From contig JAMWBK010000006.1 in assembly GCA_029953675.1 (NCBI GenBank), positions 124,001 to 188,000 of the forward strand: a DNA stretch of 64,000 bases, given 5' to 3'. Numbering within the stretch: position 1 is the first letter of the stretch; each line of letters opens with the position of its first letter. This document shows positions 35,423 through 46,326 of this stretch, piece after piece. The notes under the pieces were generated by a model. The model saw nothing but the letters and a program-made list of their open reading frames with translations. It did no database searches and had not been told where the DNA came from. The translations under genes were made by a program, and so were the position numbers. Source of the stretch: Rhodosorus marinus CCMP1338 (Eukaryota > Plantae > Rhodophyta).

Positions 35423-38162
35423 TCAGTTGTTGGGATCGATATGAGCTTGAGAACTGGTGTGATGGAGCACTATGTATATGAAGAGGTGCGAGAAGACAAG
35501 GTACGCGACGAAGACCATTCGAACGAGAGGTTCCCGTCGGATCGTCGAGAGGAATCCTAGACTTAGACGATCGAAGTGATGCACAACCTGTCCAGCCCGA
35601 GTATGAACTCGAAGCTCTCTCGCCCGGCCTACGATGCAAGCGCACAAGAGTAGCAGCAGAACGATGATCAGAGGAGACGAGGGTCAGATTCGGACTAATC
35701 GTGCTCGGTAGATGACATACCGCCTTCCAAATCACGTTCCCGGTCTTTGCTTTGAGCACTAAAGGCTTGGATCAAGTTTTGAGCTTCTCTCGTTCTCTTC
35801 CTTTCCAGCTCAAGTTGATTCTGTAGTGCCTTGTTCTCTCCGCGAAGCAACTCTACCTGGCTTTGTTTGTGCAAGGTTGCATCCGCAAGACTTCTGACTT
35901 GGGTCTCCATTTCAGCCAACTCATGCTGGCCGAGTCTCTCGTGACTAGCTTCCTGTATACGGCGAATATATCAGGACAGCGATGGACATTAAGAGGGCGT
36001 TAGGGCATTGGATGTTTCGTTGATTGCTGCAAATCCATTCGGACCAGCACAAAACGACAGCATTGCGTACCTTCACTTTCTGCTGAAGATCCTTTAGTAG
36101 CATGTCCTTGGAGTCATTTTCGTCCGCCAAGCGGAGCTTCTTGTCCTTCTCGGCTTCCAGGTCTCTCTGCAGAAGTGAAATCTTATTCTCTAGCTCGTAC
36201 AATTGACTTTTATCCCGCTCCCCGCTATCGATGCGTTTCTGCAATTCACTCCGGGCTGCTTTTTCATGCGACAGCAAATGCTCACACTCCCTGAGCTCCT
36301 CTACTAGAGCCACCGCATGCTCCTTTTCAGCCAGGACGCTCCGCTCAGCATCTGCCAAAGCTTCCGCAGAGGCTGCTGCTGAAGCTTCGAGATTCTCCTC
36401 TCTCATCCTGGCCTCTCTTTCAGTTTTTCTGTGAGCTTGTATTTCGCGCTCCAGCTCATCCAAAGCAGTAGAAGCCTCTCGACGAGCGCTTCCGGGAATG
36501 GAAAAATAAGCGACGTCAGCAGCTCTCCAACTCAAGGGCTCTCTTGTCATTTTCTCGAGGGCAAGGTAAATCTTGCAGCTGCTCATCAAGAAGTAATTGA
36601 CCTATCTCAAGAACCAAAATCGTCGGACATAAAAACCATAAAAGCGAGGGAGAGGTTCGTACCTGTCGGATGTCACCATTCCTGCCTCCTTCTCGCTTTT
36701 GACAATATCCCGAAGGCGTTCATTCTCTGCCTCTATAACAGCTTTGTCAACCTTGATTTCATTCAAACTCCGCGTAAGGCTTGCAATGGTTTTCCCCGTT
36801 TCAGTTTCTGCCTCTTGCTTAGCCTTCCTGGTGTTCCTCGCACTTTCTTCGTGGTTCCGTTGGAGATTCTCCACTTCCTTTTCAAGAATTCTGACCGTTT
36901 CCGACGAGCTCGACTTCTCCTGCTTGAGCAATTCCTCCAAGTTTATGAGGTTTTTCTTCATGTCTACATTCTCCTTTTCCAGATGATCCACAAGCTCCGA
37001 GTTTTGACGAAGGGTTCTGGAAGCCAGGGCCTGCTCCTTCCTGAACTGATATAGTTCCTCCTGAGCGGACTCCATTTCGTTTTGAAGCTCGTCGTACTTC
37101 TCAGTCATAGCAGCGAACTTCTCCTGGTGGGCGCTCTCCGCCGCTTTCAACCTTTTCTCTGATTTGGTTTTCTGCTTGCGCGCACTTTTCAAGCCCATCT
37201 GCGCCTTCGAAAGCTCGTTTTCAAGTTTCACCACGATCCTGGCGTTCTTCTCCTTGTCCTCCTCCGCCGACGTAATCATGCGTGAAGAATTAGCAGCCTC
37301 ATTGTGAAAATCACTCAATCGTGCCTCCAAATCCAGCTGCGCTTGGAGCGCCTTTTTGAGCTCTGCAACAAGCACGTCCTTACTACCTTGAGCCCATCCC
37401 TCGACGCGTTCATGAACGTCTGTGCATGAGCAAGAAGACGATAAATCTCAGAATGCGCAAATACCGCAGCGTCAATAGTAGATTCCTACCTTTCGAGACG
37501 CCTTCAGCTCTGGGGCTCGTGGAATCAGCAGATGGTACGTCATCTACGAGAACTGGGGTAGGTGGAAGATGCTTGCTGGCTTCCCCCGTAGATGCTTCGC
37601 CATCTTGAACATCTGCGACAACAGTTTCCGGCGTGTTCCCCTTGTTATCAGCCCCATCAAATTCCGTGCCTGCTGAACCTGCTCCACGGCTAGCAATGTC
37701 TGGCTCTCCCCCAATGTCCTTGTCGTCCCCTTGCGTATCAACAACAACCTCCAGCGTTGGCGCATTGTCGGTGTTGCTTTCTACGAGCGTTCCTGGAGTT
37801 TCTGCGCTTGGGTTTTCGCTTTCAGAAGATCTCTCTGGTTCGTTTTCAATATTATGGTCATCTTTCGATTCCCCTCCCTCAGATGGACCTTTTCCTTTTC
37901 CAACCCAGCCATCCTCCCAATCCTCATTCCACTCAGCATCATCATCATCGATCAACCCCTCACGGTCCTCGTCTTCTTCTTCATACACGTCGTCTTCGTC
38001 TTCCTCAGTCTCCTCCTCGTCCTCATCATCTTCTTCAACCTCCTGAACCAGACCAGCCTGCTTTGCTCTTTCCTCTATCTTCCTCTGAGCCTCTACAACG
38101 CCCTCGTCTACCTTATCCAGGAACCTCTCGGCACCCTGTATGGCCTTACTAAAAAATGACAT
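35423..38162 (-). CDS. GOLGA5: Golgin-84-like coiled-coil protein with a C-terminal membrane anchor, multi-exon
   Basis: N-terminus MSFFSKAIQGAERFLDKVDE, an acidic disordered region, long coiled-coil ORFs (36602-37375, 35945-36589, 35695-35919) and C-terminal LRREPLVRMVFVAYLVFSHLFIYIVL, typical of golgin-84/CASP. Confidence 0.85.
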
Positions 38163-38918
38163 CCCTACACTACGATCGGTTTACTCCTCAAGAGCAAAAT
38201 CAATCCGAACCTATCACATACCAACCCATCCTGTCCATCCCACGCTCCCTCCTCCAGTCTGCTGTATAGCAATCGAACTTTTTAGCTTTTCAATAAACAA
38301 GACAGCTGTCCTTAAGCTAGTAACTTCAACTACCAGTCGGTCGCCCTTCCTGAATACCAACTATTCCAATTTCTGAAACTTTTGGCTATTAATATTGAAT
38401 GAACTTGTTAGTGTTGGCGCATTGCGGGCCCCCAGGAGGCTACTTTCCAGACTGGATATCGATTTCTTCAAGAAAATCGTCTTGGTATCATGAGCTAAAT
38501 TGGGTGGGGAGGAATTGGCGGAATAATTTCTTCAAAAAGGGGGGTGGTTTGGGACATCTATTAGCATTGGTATTAATAGTCACGACTCATGTTCACCTCA
38601 TCAGCTAGATGGTTGTTGTGTTCGGAGAATTCGTCTGAGCGTTGTTGGAATTCTCAACTTGACAGTCGAAAAGACGCCCACCTTTGGACTGCTTTAGTCT
38701 CAGCAGCGTTCATCTACCCCGATCGCGAGTAGAGTTGCATCCTCGAGCTGGACTCGTCATGGACTGGAGCACAGGAGCTATCTGAATAATCGCATGATGA
38801 TGAGCTACCAGAACGAGGAGGAAGGGAGCCACTTGGAGTAAATTTAGCTACATCTTCGACGTCTAGCGTATCCTGCGGCCGCCAACTGCCTACCCCGTGA
38901 TCGAAAAGTCAGTCACTC

Positions 38919-41078
38919 CTACAACGGGTTCTTGGAACCCAGCAGCATCCTCCTCACTTCCTCGAGTACATCGTCCTGTTTGCAGAATGCGAAGCGGGCA
39001 AAGTTTCGTCCAAGCTCTGCGTGTTCCTCACAATAAAACGGCGATGGAGGGATAGGCGTGACTCCGTACTCCATCGTCATCCATCTGCAAAAGTTATAAT
39101 CGCTAAGATTTCTTGTCGACGGATCTATCTCCAGGTTTCCTGCGGAGATAATCGCCTCCTCTTCCTCAGGCAACTTGCCTACAAAAGCTTTAACGCCAGT
39201 GGTATTGCACATTATGAACAAGCCCCCCTCCGGGTCCATAGGAACCAAGCTAGTTTTTCTCAAAATCTGATCATAGACGGGCGAGGAAGCGACCTTAAGT
39301 ACAGCGAGCTAGGTAAACCAAATATAAATATGAACCATCTCAACTCACATCTAGGAGTTTATCCTTCTTCCTGTTAAACGTATCCGTGACATATTCGTAG
39401 TATGAGCTGGATCCCTCATAGGGCTTCTCAGCGGACTCCATAGCTTCGGCTGCAGCTTCCTGAATTGGGTGAGGAACACAGAAAACGATGTGCTGTTCCC
39501 GGAAAGCACACCAAATAGCATGAGCAGCACTTCACGCATGTTTAAAGCAAGTTCCTCTTGCTGCTCCTCACCTGCTGGATGTTAACCATCCTCTGTATTA
39601 GATTTACTGGTGCAACTGCCCATCTGCCACATTGGCAACTCGAAGGCGCTTAGATTGACACATAGGTATAGATCCACCCAGGAGAAACGGCAATTAACCT
39701 ACCCTAGCTTCCAGCCTGTTGCTGAGAAGGTCTTGCCAAAGGTGTACAACGAAATCGTCCTATCCCACATGTCAGGTGCTAAGATTTTATGAAGAGCTCG
39801 TTCAGAACGGGAAGTGCCACGAAGATGAGACTTCATGGACAGCGCGTACTCACCGGTCGCAGCAAACGGTACGTGTTTCGCCCCGTCAAATGTTAGGTGT
39901 TCGTAGACCTCATCGCTTAGGACAAGACAGTCTGGATACTTCCGAAGAACTCGCGCAATTTGCTCCTTCTCATCTTGCGTAAACACCTTTCCCGTTGGAT
40001 TGTGCGGGCTATTCAGAATCAGCAATCTGGTGTGTAGATCGTTTATGAAACGTTGGCGGTCAGTGTCCCCAACCTGTAAGGTCGAGATTTTTCGTTCAAG
40101 AGGTGGAGATTCGTGCCTTGTTTTCTGTGAGAAAGCTGATTCCAACTCGTCCATATCAATGTGAAGCTCAGAAGAGCTTGAAGGCTGCTCGGATTTTGAC
40201 CTCAACGGAACATGTCTGGCGACGGCATTAGCCATTTGTATCGAGGAAAAGTAGAGATCAAACGCTGGTTCGATGACTACGACTTCATCGCCTTCTTCAA
40301 CAAATGACTGTACTGCGAGGAATATTCCCTCGCTAGCACCAACCGTCGCAAGGACATTGGCAGTCCCTTTTATCTCCCTGCAATCAAGGTCAGCATCAAA
40401 GTCAAGCATGCTCAGCTTCTTGATCGAGCACACTGGAACTAGCTATCACTAGGGTCCACTGTACCTCTTCAATTGTGAAGAATGCTTCCTGGCAATGGCT
40501 TCCAATAGTCGTGGGTGGCCTCTTGTTGGGGCATACATGCTAACCTGTGGGTTTTGAAATGCGGCTGCGGCGGCCCGAGCTACAAACGCTGGTGGAGGGC
40601 AGTCCTTTCAGTCATGCGGTAAAACGAAACTGAAGGAAATTAGTCACAAATCGTTATAGACAAGCGGAAAAGTTCAGCAGACAGGAACCGAACGAACTTA
40701 CAGGGAAGCCTTGCCCGAGGTTGACCGCGGATGTTGCTCTCGCCAGTGGAGTAAACTCGTTCCATACCTGTGTGTTATCAAGTGACACAATTTTCTGGAA
40801 TACTCAGTATCCGAACTCTAAGGACCCAAGAGCAACGGAAATTAGCGGACTACGAACACGCATACCGTGGGCTTGTTGAGCCCAGACGCCCGTCTTGGGG
40901 GCATATCTCCGGCCATTTCCTCCGTGGCTACACCAGCTCCTCTGTGAATAACCGACTTTGAATTACCAGCACTGCTCATTCCAGACACGAAAACTGCTTT
41001 CTCCTTCTGGGCAATGTCCATGGCGCGGGCGCCATGGACCTTCCGCACCGCTCCCAACGATTTGAGAATCCGTCGCAT
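38919..41078 (-). CDS. KYAT: Class I PLP-dependent aminotransferase (kynurenine aminotransferase / glutamine transaminase K type), multi-exon, probably mitochondrial
   Basis: Motifs VWNEFTPLA…AVNLGQGFP, ILNSPHNPTGKVF, LSDEVYEHL, the PLP-lysine segment TFGKTFSATGWKLG, and GGLFIM…RFAFCK. Presequence-like start MRRILKSLGAVRK. Confidence 0.93.
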
Positions 41079-41563
41079 CGCAATTGGAGACTTACAAGCC
41101 GGTGATATGATGTTTACTGATGAGCTACGGTAGTGGTCCTTTAAGAACATACAGATGACCTAGCTATTAAGAAACTGCGGTGTGACGCTGGAGAACACAC
41201 AGCTTCGCACCTCCAAAAAAAAGAAACATAATTAGCCTTTTGCCCCAGCCTTCCAAAACAAGCTGAAACCCAATTAATTGTACACCGATTGCAGTAGCGA
41301 CGTTGCCCACTGTTTGGATTCATATCTATTCCAAATGTTCTGGAGTGGAAGGTTCTGTTGCGGTCAAGGCTGGAGAGCCTTCCTGGGCAGTTGCTTTTTC
41401 AACACTACTGGGAAACTCGTTTGGACGAGAATAGTGATTGCGCGGATTCGTGAGGTTGAGTCTCTGGGTGGCCCCCACCCACTGTTCGGCGGCAGTCCAT
41501 GATGATCCACGGCATTTGAGTTTGTACATGGATTGATGAATTTACGCCAGAATGATCTTCAAC

Positions 41564-41999
41564 TCATGGTAAGGAGCGCGGTGGTTGAAGGACGTTAGTA
41601 AGTTGTTCGTCGAGGCTATTCATGGATGCGATGTCTCTCAGCTGTAATGGAAATTTGCTTGACATTAAACTTCTGTGTGCGATACCTTCCATGCGACTGA
41701 GGCCTGCGTTGCTCGTCTCCTCCAGAGAGCGTCGCGAATTTTCATGCCGACGTTCACACCCTCGACTACAACGCACCTTTGAGTACGCGCCTTTCGATCA
41801 TGCAGTTCTTCCGCGCTTTCCTCAGAGAACGGAATCCAACCTTTCCCCGGCCCGGCCTATACTGAGCAGGCGGTAAATATTTCTTCGAAACCACTATAAA
41901 GGAAACTCAGTGCCGAACCATGGCAAATTCAAAGCAAAATAATTTACTTATCACCTTCCCGAAAACAAAGGAAGCAACTCTATGTACAACGAAACTCAT
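41564..41999 (-). CDS. Small spliced gene of unknown function (3' end uncertain)
   Basis: Exon 41999-41955 (MSFVVHRVASFVFGK), a 98-nt GT-AG intron, and exon 41856-41686 (57 codons, phase 0, ending aag|gtatcg). A third exon may start at 41641. Confidence 0.45.
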
Positions 42000-42625
42000 C
42001 TAAAATCTAATGTATTTTAGTTTCAAGTATTGATGCAAAAACGAGATATTTGCGTTTTCTATTTACATGTAATTACAGGGTATCAAATACGAAAATAATA
42101 AATAATTGAATATACATTGATAATTTCGTTGTTATTGTCATGTAATTATAGCGTAATTATATGGCGTAGAATAAATACGTTGGGGCCTTTTCTCGCGAAA
42201 GTACTAGTCCAATTGGTGTTTTGTCTTTTATTGGTACTTTTTGGGTGCCTGACTTACTCGACCTGAATTTTTTTGACGGATGAAATTGAAAATGGATTTC
42301 TACGGACATGAAGACTTGTTTCTTGGTAATACTCAGGAGCCATTGAGAAGAAGGATGAAGGGTTAGTAAAGGGAGGGGCGGGCGGGCAAGCTGGGGAAGG
42401 TGTTACATGCTGGGTAAGTCAGGTCGTAGGTGACTTTTTATTGATGTATATTAGATACATGAGTAGGTCGTGAGGATGATGATAAGACGCAACATTCTCA
42501 TAAGAATTTGAGGTACTTGAAATTTTAAGGAAGGTCTTTTGGTTTCAATTTTTACTGGTGGTTACGGTCGGGAAGGGTAGGTGGGGTAGGAGTTGGCAAT
42601 TGTTATTTCGATTGGAAGGCTTTTG

Positions 42626-44013
42626 ATGGGGTTTGATGGGGATGATTCGGTTAAAATGATGGTTCTCAATGAGGATTTTTTGAAGGACGAATATGATGAG
42701 TCATATTCGTGGAGACGTCCGTTGTTGGAGGCGCAGAGGAATGTGCTTTCCGCATTTTGTAGTTGCGAGTGGGAGGGACATACAGTTCGGTTATCCAGTG
42801 GAGAGTTTATGAATGCTGTGGTGGCTGGAAAAGTAGGGAATCCGGAGCTGGTTGTTATGCACGGCTTTGGAAACGGGCTTGCGTTTTGGGCTAGTAACCT
42901 GGATGCGTTGACCCAGTCGCATAGAGTCTTCCTTCTCGATTGGATTGGATGCGCTGGGTCGTCGAGGAAACACTTCCAGCTTGGAATGTCAGCTGAGGAG
43001 ACTGAAAATTTCTTCGTTGACGAGTTGCGTGACTGTATCCTGCAGATGAAAGAGTCTTCGGAACTCGGTTTTCCGTTCCAAAAGCCCTTCTCTATCCTCG
43101 GTCACTCGCTGGGGGGTTTTCTTAGCTGTGTCTTCGCGGAAACCTATCCGGAATTGGTGAAAGATCTCGTTCTGGCCTGTCCCGTGGGTAAGTTGTAAAC
43201 ACCGGCTCGTATTGTCGTTGCCAATAATCGTGTAGCACCTAGCTGAACCTGGGATAAACTCGTTTTCGATGTCACTCAAGGTATACCGAGAACGCCGATA
43301 AATAAGCATCCCCCTGCAACAGCACCGTTGGGAAAGAGGCTGTTGTTCTTCGTCGTTTTCTTCCTGTGGCGATTAAACTTCACTCCCCAGTGGTTCATGA
43401 GAATCGGCGGCAACCTGTTCGGCAAAAATCTTGCCTTGAGGTTCGTGAAAAGCAGGTTCCCTTATATGACAGAAGACCAAACCAAGGTGAGGAAACCTAC
43501 CTTTCAGGTGCTTTTACTGCCCTTAGACGCCATCCTCAACTCTTCGCCCCGTCCTCATGTCCTTTAGATCATGTGTGACTACTTGTACTGGATATCCATC
43601 CCGCCTGCTAGTGGCGAGTATGCGATCAATCATCTACTGGAACCAGGCGCTTGGGCACGTCGACCACTGGTCGACCGCCTCCCAAAACTGAAAATTCCTG
43701 TATCTTTTATATATGGAGACAAGGATTGGATGTCATGGTAAGGGCTCTTGCGCATGAGGTCTGGTAAAGAGTCGAGCTTCACTGCCAAGAACACACCTGA
43801 TGCAATGTGGTTGGTTTTATTAATGGAAATTTTAGGCACCATGCGGGGGAGGTTAGCAAAATTATGAAGTCCCCGGCCGTTGTACATATTATAGAGGGCG
43901 GCGGTCACCACTCTTACATGGAAGCAAAGGATGAGTTCAACGCTCTCGTAGCGCAATCCCTTGAGAATGACCGGGCAAAGATTTCATCCTTGGAAGAACT
44001 CGCTAACTCATAA
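42626..44013 (+). CDS. Alpha/beta hydrolase of the ABHD4/ABHD5(CGI-58)/Ict1/Cld1 family, multi-exon
   Basis: Motifs VVMHGFGNGLAFW, LLDWIGCAGSSR, nucleophile GHSLGG, GEYAINHLLEPGAWARRPL, FIYGDKDWM and GGGHHSYME. Confidence 0.92.
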
Positions 44014-44190
44014 ACTGATAAATAAACAGAAACTGCATCGAAGCAAGCTCGAAAGCGTAACTCGCCCTATGTGTATAGAGCAACTCTCTGGTTCTAGAAG
44101 CTGTCAAGGCCTCACGCGCATGGGGCTGCAAGGCAATCCACAAAGGACCGGCTTCCCTTTTGTGCTGCTGTCAGGTGCATGCAATGTTTG

Positions 44191-44955
44191 TCAAAGAGGG
44201 GTCTCAAAGAACTTGATGATCCGGGACACTGGTCCCAGCGATTTTCGCACAACTTCGCCGTGTACAGTTCGTTCACGTTGCGTTTCAGACTCGTCCGTCT
44301 TCAAATAGCTGCGGATTGGTTCTTCAGGGTTCACTACGGTGCTTCTGTTGCCTTCAAACCTTGAGATTTGGTCGAGATGGTTTTCGTCATCAAGAGCACC
44401 CACAACCGTCGCCATTTCTCCGTTTGGTCTCTTCTGCTCGCGAGCTGTCGCTGCATGACTTTGCCCGTTAAGAATCTCGGGCTGAGTAGCTGGTCGCCAC
44501 TCGTCATTTGTATCATCCGCCTGTTCGTGACTATCTCCTGATCTTGAACCTATTGCGGTTCTCAGGCGGTTCAGGAAACCTGTCTCCGAAGACGGATCTG
44601 GTCCAGAGCTACCGCTATTCACCACCACAGCGGGGGCAGTTTCCGGATGTATGCCGTCAAGCAAGTGGCTACTATTATCTTCTCTGAATGAGTTCTCTAC
44701 TCCCAAATCTCTCCGTGACTCGGACGCAACCCTGTCCCTGGATTCGCCAAAACCCTTTTCGGAAGACGCCAACCCAAAGTCTGATTCAAGCAATCCATGT
44801 GATTCACCTTCTACAGCCTCTACGGCCCCCTCCATCCCCTCAATCTTGCTCTCCTCATCTTCGATAACTCTTCCTCGCCAGATTCGGAACACAAAATAAC
44901 AGATGGCTACGAACGCCACTAACAAACAAACTCCAGCAAAAGCAACCAGAAACAT
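44191..44955 (-). CDS. Protein with an N-terminal membrane anchor and disordered acidic tail, 254 aa, unknown function
   Basis: 254-aa ORF starting at ATG. Hydrophobic start FLVAFAGVCLLVAFVAICYFVF is followed by RIWRGR and then an E/S/D-rich region. Confidence 0.75.
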   Translation of the reverse strand: MFLVAFAGVCLLVAFVAICYFVFRIWRGRVIEDEESKIEGMEGAVEAVEGESHGLLESDFGLASSEKGFGESRDRVASESRRDLGVENSFREDNSSHLLDGIHPETAPAVVVNSGSSGPDPSSETGFLNRLRTAIGSRSGDSHEQADDTNDEWRPATQPEILNGQSHAATAREQKRPNGEMATVVGALDDENHLDQISRFEGNRSTVVNPEEPIRSYLKTDESETQRERTVHGEVVRKSLGPVSRIIKFFETPL

Positions 44956-45889
44956 TCTGCCTTCTTGTCACAAAAACACGAACCACACACACAGAGGCAC
45001 TAAAAGGCCGCAGTGCACTCCACCATCACAGATTTACATTCCAATTCAACCCGTCTCAGTACCCTCATCCCATCTCCCCCCAAACCGTCAAAGACCCCAG
45101 ACTAACGTCCAAACTTCCGAACTCAACAGCATCACAGGACGAGTCAGATGGACTCAAGAGACTAGGATTTCCATCCGTGTTAAATACTGAAATAAAAATA
45201 ATTTTAAAGGACAGCTTGTCTATCCTATCAAGCTTTTCTTGATTCCTACAAAACTTCTAACCACTGAACGAAAAATTCTATGATTCTAAGTACCATATCG
45301 TCCAATCAAGTAGTAATAAAATAATTATTTTAAAATTATTTTCGAATATGATGTTTGTTGGTCTGCGGCTTCATCGCGGTCGCGCACTGCACCTTACCTG
45401 ATTGGGGTCGGGCCCGGGGTTGGTTTAGCACGCAGCTTCGTGCACGATTCTGGGTTAATGGGCTGTAGGGCATCTTATCCATGATAGTGCTCAGCTCAAG
45501 CTTTGTGCTTTCTGGTCCTCCGGACTTGCCCGCAACAGTGGTACTATCATCTTGATATGCTTGAGTTGCTTCTCATAGATCACCTCGCTCAGTTGAGAAA
45601 TCGCTCAATGCGTTACTGCCGCTTTCATCCCCTGCAGTGAGTGGAGCCGCAAAGGGGGAAAAACGAACACCAATTCAAAAAATCAGGAACCCCAATAAAA
45701 TACCGACCAGCCCAAACGCAACAAAAATCAACTTTTTCGACCACTCAGCCGGTGAGCAAAGTCCACCTTTTCTATTTGCAGTTTGGCAAAAAACAAAAAA
45801 ACTTTAGCTGGGGAGTCAACGCCCGCAACACAGTGAACGAATCAATATTGATTGATTGTAGGTGAGCGCTTCCATATTGACTGAGAAAG

Positions 45890-45969
45890 CCCTCAATTCT
45901 TGAAGATTCCGCCTCTCAGGAGTACCCTCAATTCTTGAAGATTCGGCCACTCAGGAGTACCCTCAATTC
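45890..45969. repeat. 35-bp tandem repeat, about 2.3 copies
   Basis: ccctcaattc starts at 45890, 45925 and 45960. Unit is ccctcaattcttgaagattc[c/g]gcc[t/a]ctcaggagta. Confidence 0.93.
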
Positions 45970-46179
45970 CTTTCCCGAATCGAGCAATTGGCACCCATGA
46001 CTGAAAAGGTCGCGAAACGGCGGGGTTTGGTTGTTTGGGGTTAGGTTAGGCTGGAGTTGCCCCCCCTTACCTCAAACTAACGAAACGCCCGACCCTTTCT
46101 GGTTTGCGGAAGAGCGGGATATAAAGTTTTGGCATCTCGACCGGATAAATATCGGACGGTCCGATAGAAGTGTGATGAT

Positions 46180-46326
46180 GAGTTTGGTGTGATTCGATTG
46201 GTTGTTTCTCTCTAGCTCTTTTCGTTTTCTCTGTTGTTGTCTTAGTTACTTTCCATTGTACTAGAACAACAACAGAGAGAACGAAGAACTAGAGAGAAAC
46301 AACCAATCGAAACATACTAAGCCATC
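46180..46326 (+). ncRNA. Long imperfect fold-back; candidate miRNA or hairpin-RNA precursor
   Basis: 46193-46215 pairs perfectly (23 bp) with 46289-46311. Pairing extends inward to an 8-nt loop (46250-46257) and outward to about 46180/46326, with five G:U pairs on the + strand. The inverted repeat is certain; RNA function is inferred. Confidence 0.45.

Noticed and set aside
37426-38159. Multiple antisense ORFs rich in Ser or Phe/Leu
   Set aside because: Shadow frames of the acidic GAA/GAT-rich golgin N-terminus.
45890-45969. CRISPR-like appearance of the ~35-bp repeats (also 2900-2975)
   Set aside because: The repeats are head-to-tail with no unique spacers, and the context is eukaryotic with no cas genes.
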